NCBI RefSeq assembly: GCF_009914755.1
Contig: NC_060936.1
Strand: one strand, 5' to 3'
From: the human T2T-CHM13v2.0 reference genome, Homo sapiens
Length of the DNA stretch: 64,000 nt
Position 1 is the stretch's first letter. Each line of letters opens with the position of its first letter. The position numbers and the translations under genes are program-made. Below, piece by piece: positions 27,633-42,849 of this stretch. Below the pieces are notes generated by a model. It was not told the origin of the DNA. It saw nothing but the letters and a program-made list of their open reading frames with translations, and did no database searches.

Positions 27633-29809
27633 ATCCCATTCTCCCCAACTAGACTAAGAGCATCCTAAAGGGAGGAATTATGTCTTGCTCATCTTTAAAT
27701 CCCTAGTCCCTAGCACAATGCCTGACACACTTAAGCCTATTAAAATGTTTATTGACTGAATAAATGAAGGAAGAATTCATTTAAGAAGTTAACAAATATC
27801 AAATACAAGAGACAACTCTTGGCATATCAAAAGCCTAAGGTTTAGTAGAAAAACCATATTATAAGACAATAATTATACAAATAAGTATTAGTTTTTTGTG
27901 CACGGTTTAATTCAAACAAATACTTTGTTGAGTTGCAAATGTTGAAAGGAAGAACAGATAATGAAACGGGACAGAGAGGCCTAGAATTTAGGGGTAGGAG
28001 GAAATCAGGACCCAGAGAAGGTAGTTAAAGAATAAAATAATCTCTTTTAACATATTTTCATATAACAATAATTCTTTTATAATATTCCATAATTTATCTC
28101 TTGTAAATTTTGATTTTATAAACAATTCTTATCCTCTTAGGTATGAAAATTAAGTAATATGCACTTCCAAAGTCTTAAAATGATTTCTGTTCATCAACAA
28201 GAATCTTTTATTATGATTTCATTAAAGCACCTGCACTTGGTCATTGTATCCACTAGAAAATAAGATGTTACATATAAACATATAATCAAAACAAAATCAT
28301 TCTTCACTGTGATTGTTTCATATCATTTTATACTTTCTTAAATCCAACCAAGATGAAATTTGTTTCCTTATGGCAATAAGTTCAGCTATACTTTTTTCCT
28401 CATTATAAGTAGTTACATTTATAACAACTCTCCTACAGCATCTTGAGCAACCAAGAACAAGTGATTTGCTATACACAAGTAAAGGTGAAGGAATTTCGAA
28501 ATGTGGAAGATCTGTACAGTCTTTTTAGATTTGCTAGAATAGTATAATATGACTTTAACATTTGAAACTTTTTATAAGAAATGCTAATATTTTGTATTAA
28601 ATTTCATAGAATGGTAAGTAATGAATGGGAATATTTCATATACATTTTATTCGAGAGAGTAAAATAAATTAGCTCTTGTTTGACTATATAGATATTTTAA
28701 AATAAGACAATATAAGGTAATTGTTAGTTCTTAACTGCTTTGTCACAGCTAACTATTTTCAATAAGAGATTTTTTAAAATAAAATATATTTTTATGACGT
28801 CTTAATGTAGCATAGCAAATGAAAACTTTATCCTATTTAATTTAATAGTTACCTAGTTGGCTAGTTTAGAAAGAGATTAATTTATGAACTCTTTAAGAAA
28901 CACCTCTCAGAATGGGAAGACCTTTCTGCATATAAAAAATACATTGTTCTTCATCTCCTTGCCCGTAAATTGGAGAATGTGATTATCAATAAAACTTCTT
29001 GGATTAATTATCTAAGAAGTCTGAGTATCCCTGAAAAGGTGACAATGAATCAAATATGTCTCCTTTTCCTTCTGTATTCCCGCCTGACTGCTAAGGCATC
29101 ATTTAAGGTATTGCACAATAACTCATTTTAAGCTGCTTAACAAGAATCATGAATTATGGAACTGCTTCTATATCCAGCTCTATCTTAGAATACTATGTCT
29201 ACATTTTGCCTCTGTGTCTTATGAAGAAATGAATGGTCCCGAGAAAATTCATCCAAAATGTTTCAAGTATTAGAGAGTAGGAATTTGGAAGAGGGGCATT
29301 CGCATAAGCCACTTAAGACCAAATTAAATGCAATTCCTCTTTTATTTCCCACTTTTAATATTAAGGCTTAGCAACCATTTAATTTGCTGACTCCCTTTCT
29401 AGCCATTGCACCTTTCTCTCTTATCTGGGCTTTTGGCAGACATCGTATACCTCCTGAGTGTATCCAGGGTCTGAGGTTCACAGGTGAGAATAGGAAGCTT
29501 CCTAAATCACTACAATGGTAAGCCTATGAGATACACATTTAGAATGATTGCTGGCCTAGAGATTCCTACTAAAATAATAAATGTTAAACCTCTAGAAGTT
29601 AATAAATGTTGTCATTAACATGAATGAATATGAAAAAATACATAATATAAATGTCTTGAATGGTCAGAGGCATAGTGACCTAGAATAGAAAAACTCTTGA
29701 CATCCTTTTCATTATGACATATTTAATAGTTTCACAACAGGAGTATATATTTAATGAATCATAATGATATTTTATATTTATACAATAATTTGACTTCTTT
29801 AGAAATGCA

Positions 29810-29990
29810 TATACTCATCCCATCCACATTTTACAATCTCCTTATAAAGTATGTAGAGCAGACATTACTGTGGCTGCCTGAAAGATGAAAAAGATAAAAC
29901 AGGGAGAGCAAGATGACTTGCCCAAGGGCACAGATTAATATGAAACGGGACTGTGACTACTAAGGTCTTCTGACCCCTTGTTTCATTGTA
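29810..29990 (-). mobile_element. MIR SINE fragment
   Basis: gatgacttgcccaagggcacag...aggtcttctgacccc. Confidence 0.6.
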
Positions 29991-30169
29991 TTTTTTTTTT
30001 TCTGATAGAATTCATTAAAGCCAGACAATTAGTTTCTGATTTCAAGTCTTATGAATGCTAATTCACAGATAACTTGGGCCACTCCATTTTGAAAGTTTTA
30101 AATTCTCCATTAACAAACTCAGAGAGCATTAGAATTTAGATGCAAACTCTCAGGTGCAAAATGTTCAGA

Positions 30170-30780
30170 AAGAAACTAAAGTAAAATATCACATACTAGA
30201 AATGGAACTGGTTACATGAAAAATTCATTTGGGGCAATATGCGCATACAAAAATATTCATTGTAGCATGGTTTGAAACTGTAAATGCAGTAGAAATACCT
30301 AAATGTCCATTAGTGGGGAAACCAAATAAAATACGATGTATCCATCATAAGGAAATATAGAATAATTTACATCTGAAAGTATGGAGGAAGAAGATATCCA
30401 TAATGTATTTTTCATACATGTAAGTAGTTTGTCATCTATGTAGCATATATCCTCAGGTATATGATATACAGTACATATCGTAAATATACATAGTATATGT
30501 ATCATATTATGCATATTACAATACACAGGCTATTTTGCTACATATTACACATCTATATCTAAATATTTTTATATAAATATATATAATGGATTCATATTTA
30601 CATGTATACCTAGCTCTGGAAAAACATGTATAAAATTAATGGTAGTTACACCTGGGTAGTGGGATTATAGGAGTATGTGAGTGAAGGCAGATAACTTTTA
30701 GTTTGTTTTCTACAATTCTCCATTGTTTGAGGTTGTTGCAGTCAGAAAGTGCCACCTTTAATATATTAGAAAAAAAATAT
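30170..30780 (+). mobile_element. L1ME 3' end
   Basis: aatattcattgtagcatggtttg...acctaaatgtccattagtgggg...aattaatggtagttacacctgggtagtgggattatagg. Confidence 0.7.
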
Positions 30781-30859
30781 GAAGGGTATTATGAGCTGAC
30801 TATAGAGACAGGTTTAAGAAATGTTTGAGTATACTCTTTGAAAATAGAGCCAAAATCAA

Positions 30860-31165
30860 TTATTAGGGAAATAGTACTGTCTGAAAAGTTGCTGTAGTTC
30901 TTTCTCGCCTGACTTTTCTCTTTTCATTGTTGGAATGTGGAAATGGAAGCTGGATAAGGTATCTAAGACCATAAGATGTAAGCTACAATTTGTGGAAAGC
31001 CGTAAAATCAATAAGAGAGCAAGCCTGAGACTGGATGTCATGGAGTTACCATATAAGCGATGCTTAGATTATTACGGAAGTAAAAAATATTCTTTCATCA
31101 TGTTTAAGCTAGTACTATTTTGGCCTTTTACAGCAGCTAAACCTGTATCCAAATTAATGCAGCAT
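30860..31165 (+). mobile_element. Old MLT1 (J/K-like) LTR fragment
   Basis: atgtttaagctagtactattttggccttttacagcagctaaacctgtatccaaattaatgca resembles an MLT1 3' end. Confidence 0.5.
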
Positions 31166-32341
31166 CCTATTCCACATGACATTTCAAAATCAGGACTTTT
31201 TAAGTCCTTACGGAAAATATATATCTATTGTAGAGTTTGAAGCAAAATGTTTTATCTTAGCTTGTTTTACTAAATATTTTTCTTCTTCCATACTTTCCAA
31301 TCAATCTTATGACATAAGTTTGCCTTCTAGTGGAGTCTTAGAACATGCTTACTGGAGATTTCCGTTGTATTGTATCATGAACTGTTACATTTATTCAGAT
31401 AAAATAATATATTGTTCTTCTGGGCTTACACTTCAGGTTGATGAACTTAGTCTGTTACTGAGATGAAATTCCATTCTTGCCGTGGCAACAAAAATAAAAA
31501 CTTAGAAGTCTAAGGGTTAGGCTCAGCTATGACAAACTCATATGGTAATTCCATATTTTGAAGTCTTTTGGCTGACAGCACAGAGTGCCATTAATCACTC
31601 TTTCCATCTTATGTTTATACATTGTGAAGGAGGAGACTCATGTTGAAAAGAGAATACTAAGCTGAATGAGCTTTAGGTTTAAAATGAATGACATTCTGAT
31701 GTTCTTAAATGTTAAAAAGTAAATGACATGGATTAAAAGAAAAGCTAGTTATGGCCTAATAAAATCTGAGAAATTTATCAAAGAAAGAGTCTTTGCTTTT
31801 TTGTTTGCTTGTGTGTACGTATTTTGGTGGTGGCAGTGTGCATATGTTGGGGTGGAAGTTGGATTAAATGCTGGTTACTAATATAGATCAGTTATCATCT
31901 CACAGTTATAATGATTAAAATCAATTATGTGACAATATTTAATAAATAATAAAGTACAGTATAAGCTATTATTTTTATGTCAAGTTATAATACTGTGATT
32001 GCCACAACAAAGACATATCCCTTTTTCAGTAATATAATCTTAAGACAATAATGTCAACTCCATTTTCAATCAAAAGATATATTTTAATGACCTAGAAACA
32101 CTTTTCTCATGAGAAGTGGAAGATGACTGTCACCACATAATTATGGAATGTTGTATACATTTTTGAACCCAGTTCTCTTTATTTTTCAATCATTTCATAT
32201 TTTTAAACCACTAATGTAACTACCTCAAAAGGGAACTTAAATGACTGGCCATTCAGGTACCAAAATAATTCAATTCTTTACAAATATAAACATTTACAAA
32301 GCTTTACAACTAAATCAGGATCTCCCAAAGTCATCGGTTTA

Positions 32342-32737
<396 letters not shown>

Positions 32738-33493
32738 CTAAAGACATGATTATATCCTCTTTTCTCTCTGCTTATTTACAAAGAACATACAGTATGGGAT
32801 CCTGACAACACATTTCCTATTTTGTCAGTTTGATAAAAGCGTACCATGTTGATGGTTTTTAGCTTGTGATTTTTGATTGTTTTAGCACTCATCACCAATA
32901 ACCTGTATGTCAGCTGACATAGCTGACACCGTTAAATCAGAAATTAGTATGCAGTCTCCTAAAATGCCAGACACGTGAACTCTTTGCATAAGAGATATAA
33001 TGGAACCCACATGATACTCCCATTAAACAATGAAACATGTGACATTAACTAAAAACAGGAACACATCAGCAAATACGCCTGAGGAAGTTTATGGTATTTA
33101 ACTCCTAAACATTAATTTTATTGCGGTGTATGAGGAACTAATTAACTGAGAGTTTCCCTTTTTATTGGAAACGGAAATACTGTTCAGAAAACCGATGAAG
33201 AGTAAATACAGCATATTTTAAGTTTATTAAGCTTGGCTCATCGACTTCTATTTATTTAAGCTAATCTCATGAGGCAATTAAATATTTCAATCAGTAACTT
33301 TATATGGCTATTTAGCACATATCTGAAAAGTTAATCAATGTTTTAAAATGCAGAATGAGGATGTGAATATATTTCTAGTTTTATACAGCCAAAACAGTGA
33401 CTAACTACATTTTCTAAAACTCATATGATGTTTCTCAACATGAGCTCTAATAAAAGGACAAGTAAAAAACAACAACAGAAAAAGTTTAAAACT

Positions 33494-33835
<342 letters not shown>

Positions 33836-34069
33836 TTAAACCAAGCAAATGTTTTCATCAGCACTTTGCTGCTTTTCTGTAAACAGTTGTTTTCCTCAGT
33901 CAGAGGAAGCCTCATTCATGTATGGCAGAGTGAGTTTGATCCTAACTCAAAGAGAGTGAGTGATGAAATGTCATCAAATGCTAGGTGTGATTTTAAAATC
34001 CTTTTTTCCTTTCAAAACAAGATCTGTATTTTGCTCGTACTACATTATCTCAGTCTTTATCACTTGTAA

Positions 34070-34275
34070 ATAACATAATAAGACAGGCACAATATTAGGC
34101 ACCAATTCTTAGATAATCTCGTTTGATCTTTGTAACAATTCCGTAAAATGGATCATGGATCTTATTACACCATTGTGTAGATAAGGAAACTGAAGCTTAA
34201 TAACTTACATTAGGACAATCGAAACATCAGAATGAGGTAAAATCTGATCCCAAGTCCAGGCTCTCTCCTTCAAAG
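34070..34275 (-). mobile_element. MIR SINE
   Basis: atctcgtttgatctttgtaacaattcc...cattgtgtagataaggaaactgaagctt. Confidence 0.6.
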
Positions 34276-34544
34276 TACCTCTCTATTTGCAGTTGCCTAT
34301 TTGAGATTGCATTAATTAAATCAAAACAAATAAACCAAATATTGAATGCTTGAAATCATATTGACAAAGGAATCAATTGGTATAAACAAGTAATTGATTA
34401 TCTTCATCATACTATACATAGCACTGTTAAGTGGAAAATAAATTTTGTTATAATATTCTGTTCTGTGGTTGGCAGTGTAATAGGTGAAAGACAATAACTT
34501 CCAGGTTAAAAAAAAAAAATCACAGTAATTTTTAAAACAACTCT

Positions 34545-34805
34545 AGGACAAAAGTTTCCAAACTTTCTTTGATTAAGGCACCATTGATGGTTCAATAATT
34601 GTTTCATGGGACTCTTAAAAACAAAGGAAATATCCAACTGCTCAATTTTATTTAGTAAAGTCCAAAGAACTTATCTATGATAGTTCACATAGTGTCCAAT
34701 AGATGCCTCTGTATTTTCTCTAAAATTTTAAAATATCCTGTGCCCCTATGAATTAGCTACACCACCCTGGGAACCTTGGCACACAGTTTGAGAACCATGG
34801 CACTA
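34545..34805. mobile_element. hAT-Charlie non-autonomous DNA element
   Basis: Ends caaagtttccaaact... and ...cacagtttgagaaccatgg resemble Charlie/MER5-type TIRs. Confidence 0.5.
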
Positions 34806-35922
34806 GGCACATGTCAAAATGTTCTTGGTAAATATTCTCTATCTGTAGCTATATTTCATATTCAGTTTGATACTTTGAGCCACTCTTTTATGATCAAGCC
34901 AGCTCTTTTATAATTGTTTGTTTTATACTGCATATAGTAAATGGATTATTTTATCGGATTTTGCCAATCATGCGGATTTTTAAAATTTCCACATAAAATA
35001 TCTTCCTGTTACAATTTGTAAACCATCTAATGGTTACAATTATATTACTGGGAACTTTATACCCATACAGAAAAGACAGGGGCAGAGGACTGCAGTCTCT
35101 AGTAATAAAACAATCATCTCTAATTTCTACCTCTAAAATATGTACTCTAAAGAAATAGCAATGATCCTGAACATGGGGTGCAAAGAAGCCATGTGCTGCA
35201 GGAAGAGGCCTGGAGTGTGAGTGAGACAAAGTGTTTTTGACTAACCTTATATCCATCAACCACCTTTTCTCAAATGTCGCTCTCAAGTATAAAATTTTAG
35301 GCTGACACCAACATGAACATTCAAAATTATCTTCCTTTAAAGTCAATTTTGTGTAAAGTAGGATTTGCTCTAGGATGAGCAAAAGCAGTATCTTTCCAAA
35401 AACATAAAACTGTTCTACAGGTGTCAAAGGCATTTATATTTTATTTCAAAAATATGTATCTGACACAAGCTTCACAGCTCACATGTTAAAGTCTTTGATA
35501 AATAGTTTAGGATACTACTCAGACTTTCCAGCAGGAGCAAATGGACTGTGTTCTTGGACTCTTCAACCATCCACTGTGTACTTGAACCAATTCATTTGTA
35601 TACCCAGTTATTTTATTAATTTAGACTTGAAACTTTAGTTACTTAGTTGTTCAAACTTAAAGGGCTGCAATAATTATTTTCTGATCAAAATGAGCTATTA
35701 TCCACAAATATAATTAAGAATTGATATTTTAAATTATCTCTTATACAGTCTGGTGTGTGTTTACGTATAACAGCTAAGTTGACAGTTTTAATAGAACTGA
35801 GAAGTTCAAAATACAGATTATTCAACTAATTTTTTTCTTTCCCTGAATGAACTTGTCTCTGAATGAAGCTGACTGATTAAACCAGTGTTTTCATGTAATT
35901 ATTTTCAAGTTCTATATTTATT

Positions 35923-35988
35923 TTATACACACACATTATATATATACACACACACATATACATATATATATAGAGAGAGAGAGAGAGA
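35923..35988. repeat. Compound (CA)/(TA)/(GA) microsatellite
   Basis: Direct reading. Confidence 0.9.
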
Positions 35989-38544
35989 AAGGATTTGATT
36001 CAAGAACACACATCATTTTCACCTCCTCAGAAGTGAAATCCTCAAGTATTTTTAGGATTTTAATAAGTAAGGAAAGCAATAACTAGATATGGATCCATGC
36101 AGTGGTTTCATGTGTAATTCCATTCATACCGAATGCCAAACAGAATCTGGGAGGCTGCTGATACTACATCAACATCTGTGAACTGATCCACATACTCATG
36201 GAAAAGAATGGACAGCAATATTCTTCAGATTATCTTTTCTATCTGTCTAGTCAATTTTCTCTGCTGTGTCTGGCTGTGCTGCTACTAATTTACTCTTATA
36301 TTGTTTAAATGATATACATTCTAGTACTCAAGAGAGGCTCAGCAACCACATTTTGTGGGTTTCCATTCCACACCATATTTCAGCTGTTATATATTTCTTA
36401 AAGAAAAAACGATCTTTATGTCCAACTAAAAGCTTCTCTTTCAGAAACAGGAGATGTTAACTCAATTTACAATGATTAGGTTCCTTAAACTGTGTTTCTA
36501 TTTTTTTTCCTGTTGAGTACATTTAAAGTCTCTAGTTTAGTCCCAGAGATTTTAAAATTTATTTTATGTATTTTATGAAGACATCTAGTCGAAACAGAAA
36601 CGTTTATCATCAGTATGTTCAATAAATGGATTGATGAAAAGTATCTGTATTTTTTATAACAACAAATAGTATATCTTTCATATTTGCTTAAAATTGAAGT
36701 CAAGATGGGTTGGTCAGTCTCTTTTATTGAAGACTATGTAATAAAGTGAAATAATTGGCAACCGGAAAAGTCACAAATGGTTGACAACCTTGAGGGGAAT
36801 AAATCAGGAAATCCCACTGAAGAGCGGTAATGGCACAATTTCTTCTCCTACCTCTATTCCTTTCCTGAAATGTGACTAGGGAGGACACCGTCTGGACTAC
36901 TTTTCACTTCCACCCAGTTCTTCATTCAAACTGAGTCAAAACGCCAGGGGTCAATGAGGGTGGCAGTTCCTTTTGCTACTGGCTTCTGCTTAGTTCTAGA
37001 GTTTGGTGTGATGCCAGTTTCAAGCTTGCCAGCAGCTGTAAAGGCTTTTTTTCTGTTTTATTTCCAAGGTTACAAAAGAAGGGGTATCATTTATAACTTT
37101 AAGCACTAAAAGTATGAATATTAAATGGTTAATATACTAACTATTTTGGAAATGGAAAAAATTCTCCACGCCACGTTACATTAACACTCAACAAATTTAG
37201 TATGCCAACTCTGTCAAATGAGAGTGAGGTGGAGGTGTTCTTGACCTTTTCCAGGCCTACGGTTATGCTATTGTTCATACTAAATGTGGTTTTCTCTTCA
37301 GCACACAATATTTGCTAATGGGACTTACTTCTGCAGTTGCTTTAAAAAACTTTTTTGTTTTATTGAAAATATAACTAGTCTATATGTATATATTACAGAT
37401 GCAGTCAAAGGCAACTAATGATTTTAGAAAGTGTCTTTTTTTTGTTTTTTACTAAAAACACATCTGTGGCATGTATTTAATGTGAACAGTAATTCTTGAG
37501 AAAGTAGAAACAAAACAAAAAACCTTCATGATTTAAAAATCAGAATTTAAAAAAATCAGAATTTAGTGTAGCAATAAAAATTAAAATTCTATTCATAGAA
37601 TTTATTCTTAGAATGTAAAATATTTAGAATGAATATAGTATTTAATTATTAAAAAAAGTTGGTGTGTCTGGATGAGTTGATAACCTACAAAGGTAGGATG
37701 ATGCGGAAAATAATATTAGATGAATAAATTAAGAGTCCAGAGTGAGAATTCCATTTAAAACGCAGGACACCAAAGTAAAGGGAAAGATTTGCAAAAGCAG
37801 TATGAAAATCTCAAAGAGCAAAGCACCACACATATGTGAATTTGTATAGTCTTGAATGCAGACCACTTTTATCTTAACTCCAGAGTTGCAATCTTCTAAT
37901 CTCAAATTGCTTTGCATATTTAAGAAATTACAACCCATTTCTTCAATACGATATAGAGAAAGATTTAAAGACGAGAAATAAATGTTGAAATCCCCAATGT
38001 GAGAATTTAAAACATCACCTAAAAGAAAATGTAGAACTGATGTGTAGTAATGTTAGAATACTAGAGTTTCTCAAATAAATTAAATACTAAAGCATAACAA
38101 GATGTTAATGGCACAATTCATTAACATATATATATATATAAGCCAAAATGCACTGGAATTTAAAAACAATATTCTGTGTAATTATCTAAAATAATATTTC
38201 ACTATTTTTTTTCAGTGGTGTTCACTTTTATCAATGAAAATATTTCAATGAACTTGCTTTTACTATTTTCCTTCTGGCCATGGTAAAGATGTTCTGGAAG
38301 ATATCTAGCTTAGCAATCTAGCCCCTCTTTAGAATGTGTTATTATTTTTATCTTACAGAATACAGTTGGCATTTTGACTATAATTTTTTCAAATGATGTA
38401 TTTTTTCCTAAGACTAACAATGTGCAATTTATATTTGGGTAAGAAAGAGAAAAAGGCATGAAATCACAGGCATCTAAAGTTAATAAGCAATATAAACAGT
38501 TATCCTAGTATATCACGTAGCTCCAAAAATGTCTTCTATATTGC

Positions 38545-38925
38545 TTATGTATTCATTCATTAATTCATTCATTCAAAAACGTTGAATGGTGTATTAAAAG
38601 TTGAGATACAACAATGAGTATGACAGAATCAGCAACTGCCTTCAGAAAGTTTACAAATAAAAAGAAAATATACAGAATCCAAAGGAAGCCGGAGAAAGGG
38701 ACCTAACTTAAGTCAAGTCAGGCAAGCGCTCCCTAATCTGAGCTAGAAGCACTTCACAATATGAAGGAGAGTGAATACTGATGATGCGAGTCCAGAGTCA
38801 AGAAAAAGAATGGTTCGGTCTAAGAACTAAAAAGACTGGTGAGAATTTAGGCTGTAAATATTTGGAAGAGACAAATAACAGAAGGCCAACTCATTCATGT
38901 TAGGGAATTTGGGTTTATCTCACTG
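38545..38925 (-). mobile_element. L2 fragment
   Basis: attcattcattcaaaaacgttgaatg...gttgagatacaacaatgag. Confidence 0.55.
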
Positions 38926-39235
38926 TTAAAAAGGTGGTAAAAAGCATACTCCTATGTCATCTATGCAAAAAATAAAATGAACCCACAAATTACATTCATA
39001 CATTAACAATACACTGTAAATCGAAGTCATGAAATTGAATTATAAAGAATATTGGCTTCAGAAGCACAGATTTAATCTAAGTCCTTTAAGTACTAACACA
39101 CTTCTCCACACATTCTGTGTGTTTCCTCTTTAAAATAAAAATGCTATATGGGTGATCTCATTTCTTGGTGTGGCAGGAATATTAAATTGCCTAATTTAAA
39201 GCTTTGCCCTCCACCCACTCCCAGATGAAAAATCA

Positions 39236-39439
<204 letters not shown>

Positions 39440-40454
39440 TCATGATAAAAGAAAATCATTTATTCAATTCAAAAGACTGGCATAGAAGCTTGCTGGGATA
39501 CTGGGCTTGAGGATATGCTTTGGGACTACCTTAAACAGCAGAACTAGAAAATCCTAGAGCTGAAAGGTATTATTAAGTCGACTCTCTAACACGACGAATA
39601 GTTTCCCGAAATGATATCCTTGGCAGTGACGAAAATATCACTACTTTGCATGATAAGCCTTTTTCTTATTGCACTAATGAAATGGCTAAAAAATTATCCC
39701 ATAGAAGGAACTGAAATCGCCCTCTGCAAATCCTACTTGTTGGGACTAATTCTACCATCTAAAACAAAACTAACTAAACCTGTATCATTTTATATGTAAA
39801 TAGCTCTTCATTATTTGAGGACAAATTCTCATGTTCACACATAATATTGAATTTTTAAATTATTGAATACAGTAATCGACCTGGAAGAAAGATTACAGAA
39901 TAGCTAAAACTTTACTCTTTTTTTTTTTTTAATAGAAGAGGTAAGTAGTGCCAAAAGATAACTGACTAGCCACAGAATTAGTTAGAACTGGGTCTAGAAT
40001 TCAGTCTCTTGAATCCTGCTACAGATTCCCTGTACAACATTTTTGCCTGCATCTATCCCTTTTGAAGCAACTGAAGGACTCCTTAGACCACAGGGTCTCC
40101 ATTTTGGTTGTCATCTTTGGAATATACTCTAATTTGCTGGTCCCACTCTCAGAGTATGGGGTTCACATTAGTTAATAAATAATCCAGCACAATAGAATCA
40201 CTATCTTGTTTGAGCCGAAAAGGAATTTTTAGAAATACAACCTAATGTGGCCATTTCTGCAGCCTTGTCACATTATTAACTAGAGATTTGTCACTAACTA
40301 AAATACTTTTTTTGAACAAATATTTAAGCAAGATCTCGCTGGTGAAAATGATTATTGGTTAGTGTTTATTGATGGATGGATATATGGATGGTAATTTGGG
40401 ATCATGTTTAAAATTACCTTTCTGACAGTTTATTCTCCTCCACTAGTCTTCCCA

Positions 40455-40640
40455 CACATTGAACAGTTATTTGTAAAATATTTAATAAATATCTACTATG
40501 TGCAAGAAACTGAGCTAGGCAGTAGAGATGCAATAGTGAACAAGAAAACTAAAATCCCACATCTATGAAGCCTTGATTATAGTAGGGATGATGGCGGTGA
40601 AAAAAGTAAAAGAAACAAATACACAAAGATAATTACATAT
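40455..40640 (-). mobile_element. L2 3' fragment
   Basis: tatctactatgtgcaagaaactgagctaggcagtagagatgcaatagtgaacaaga. Confidence 0.65.
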
Positions 40641-41707
40641 TTATTCAGTCACTAATCCTAACAGCACCTCTGAATTGTCTTTCAGATCTGTTATCTTGTT
40701 TTCCCAGTCGCATTACACATTCCTAGGGTTCTTACGATTCTTACAGTTCTCATCATTTCTCACTTTAAAAGCCCACCACCTTCAATTTCTCCTTTATTTA
40801 ATCTTCCACAGTAAACCTCTGAGCTGTTTCTGAGATTTTGGTTGGTGAGTGTGGGGGGCAGCGAGGACTGAGAGAGGGAGAAGGGGAGGAGAGGGAGGGT
40901 GAAAGAGAAGGCAATGTGTGTGTGGTGGTGGGGGCGGCAGAGAGAGGGAGAGAGAAAAGCAATATGTGAATGGTAGATCTGTTTTCAGCAATGACACCAA
41001 ATTACAAAGCATTATATAGGGAAAGTTTTATTGGCTATATTGTTAATTGGTTATTATTTGTATATAAAGCATTCTTGTTATGGTGGTTTTTATCTAGATA
41101 ATTTATACTTTAATCGTTTATAATATTCTTTCAGATAAAAGTTTTAGTATTTTAAGGAATAAATTGCAATGAATTCTGGAGCTTTTATTAAATCTGTGCA
41201 TTCTAAACTTCGGTCTTTTATAGATCAGATTATGAAAATGCATTTTGTTTTAGTATTATAATTTGTTTTAGTGTCTAAATTTTTCAAGATCCACTTGTAA
41301 AGAGTGACATCGAAATTTAAAGCTGAGAAAGACCCTAGAGATTATCAGCAACAACATAGCCAACATGCTAATGAGGAAATAAGACCTAGCTTGGCCCAAT
41401 AAATTGTTCAAGATCCCATATTTAGCTAAAACCAAACTTACGCTGGAACTGCATCTCCTGTCTCAATCTAGTGAGGGGAAGTAGGAGATAAAGGAACTGA
41501 AAGAGGAACTACAAGGTGGAAAAAAGGGAGCTAAATGAAAAATAAACCTAATTTCACAGTCCCAGTGATTGGTTTTTATTAGACCATCATAGAACAGACT
41601 GTAGAGTACTGTACTATTAATAATAAGAATACAGTAAACAGTAAAATAAATGTAATCCAAAATGTGTGGTTAATCTATGTGAGCGACTAAAAACACATCT
41701 CAAAATA

Positions 41708-42213
41708 TCGTTGATCCTGATTATTCGTGGATTCTGTATTTGCAAATTTGCCTATTGGCTGAAATTTACTCGTACCCAATTTTAATAATGCCACTTTCCT
41801 GGTCATTTGCAGACGTGCACAAAGCAGGTAACAATTTTGTTGGTAATTTTTTGTTTAAAAAGCTCCCAAGCATAATGCTTAAGTGCTGTCTAGTGTTTAT
41901 GAGGCAAGAGGGCTGTGGTGTGACTTACGCAGAAGACTATGTATTAGATAAGCTTTGCTCAGGCATGAGATATCCTGCTGTTGGCTGCGAATTCAATGTT
42001 AATGAATCAGTAATAAATATTAAACAAGGTATTTTTAAACAAAAACACACACAAAACAAAGTTATATATTGATTAGCTGAAGAAAAAGTTGTGACCGGAA
42101 GCTCGCAAGAATCTAACCATACTTCCTTTAAGAGCAATTGTTCAGCATTCACTAATTCAGTGTTCATAGCAACTTTATAGACCATAACACATATAAACAA
42201 TGAGCAGTGACTG
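41708..42213 (+). mobile_element. MER82 (TcMar-Tigger) DNA element, internally deleted
   Basis: TA-flanked TIRs (tcgttgatcctgattattcgtggattctgtatttgc ... aacaatgagcagtgactg|ta). Track ORF 41740..42072 contains a Tigger transposase N-terminal HTH remnant (VLDKLCSGMRYPAVGCEFNVNES). Confidence 0.85.
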
Positions 42214-42849
42214 TATTATTCCTATATCTTGATGGATTTTCACTGCACTGATGCTGAAATTTAGCCAACATTTGGGAGAAAAGGACACACAATATCAAAA
42301 CGATATGTTTTCTGGGTAGATTCTAAAACTAACTTGGTATAGGGTTAGTAATTCATTCTATATATTTTCTAGTTTTGAATATTTCCAAATCCTGATCACT
42401 ATTAATTTCTTTCTTTTTCACTGAATGTATGAAATTCCCTTTAAACCACTCATTAAAGTTGAAAATGTGTGACATTTATTAAGTTTCAACAAAATACTTC
42501 TGTCATAAATTTTTAAAAGCTAGGGGGCATGTTATTCGCAGGTTAAATAATTCATAATACACATAAGAGGCTACTTCCTATATTTTAAAAACTTTTAAGA
42601 AGCCCCGTCTTAATGCTTTTTATGTGTCTACCTCAAGATACTACATAGTCTCTAAGATGTTATGAATCCAACACAAATCACTTATATTATCCCATTTATG
42701 AAGAACAAGTAAATACCTATCAATTACTCATAGTTAAATATTTTATATTTTATGTAAATGTTCTATTGTTGAAACATTCAATGGCTTCAAGAAATTAATG
42801 TATTAAGTAGATTCTTAAGATTATTTAATCGGAATTTCATTACATGTCC

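Larger units (their letters stand above)
25940..27770 (+). mobile_element. L2 LINE remnant interrupted by (GGAT)n and an MLT1A LTR
   Basis: ttactaatgacctctgaattgccaaat...; 3' end cctagcacaatgcctgacacac...atgtttattgactgaataaatgaa. Confidence 0.7.

Noticed and set aside
34951-35433. Longest track ORF (160 aa, minus strand)
   Set aside because: No recognisable domain, not SOX5 sequence, and composition typical of AT-rich intron. Treated as a chance ORF.
41740-42072. 110-aa ORF with a CENP-B/Tigger-like HTH fragment
   Set aside because: It is the decayed transposase remnant within MER82, starts at a non-ATG codon and is truncated. Not a domesticated gene.
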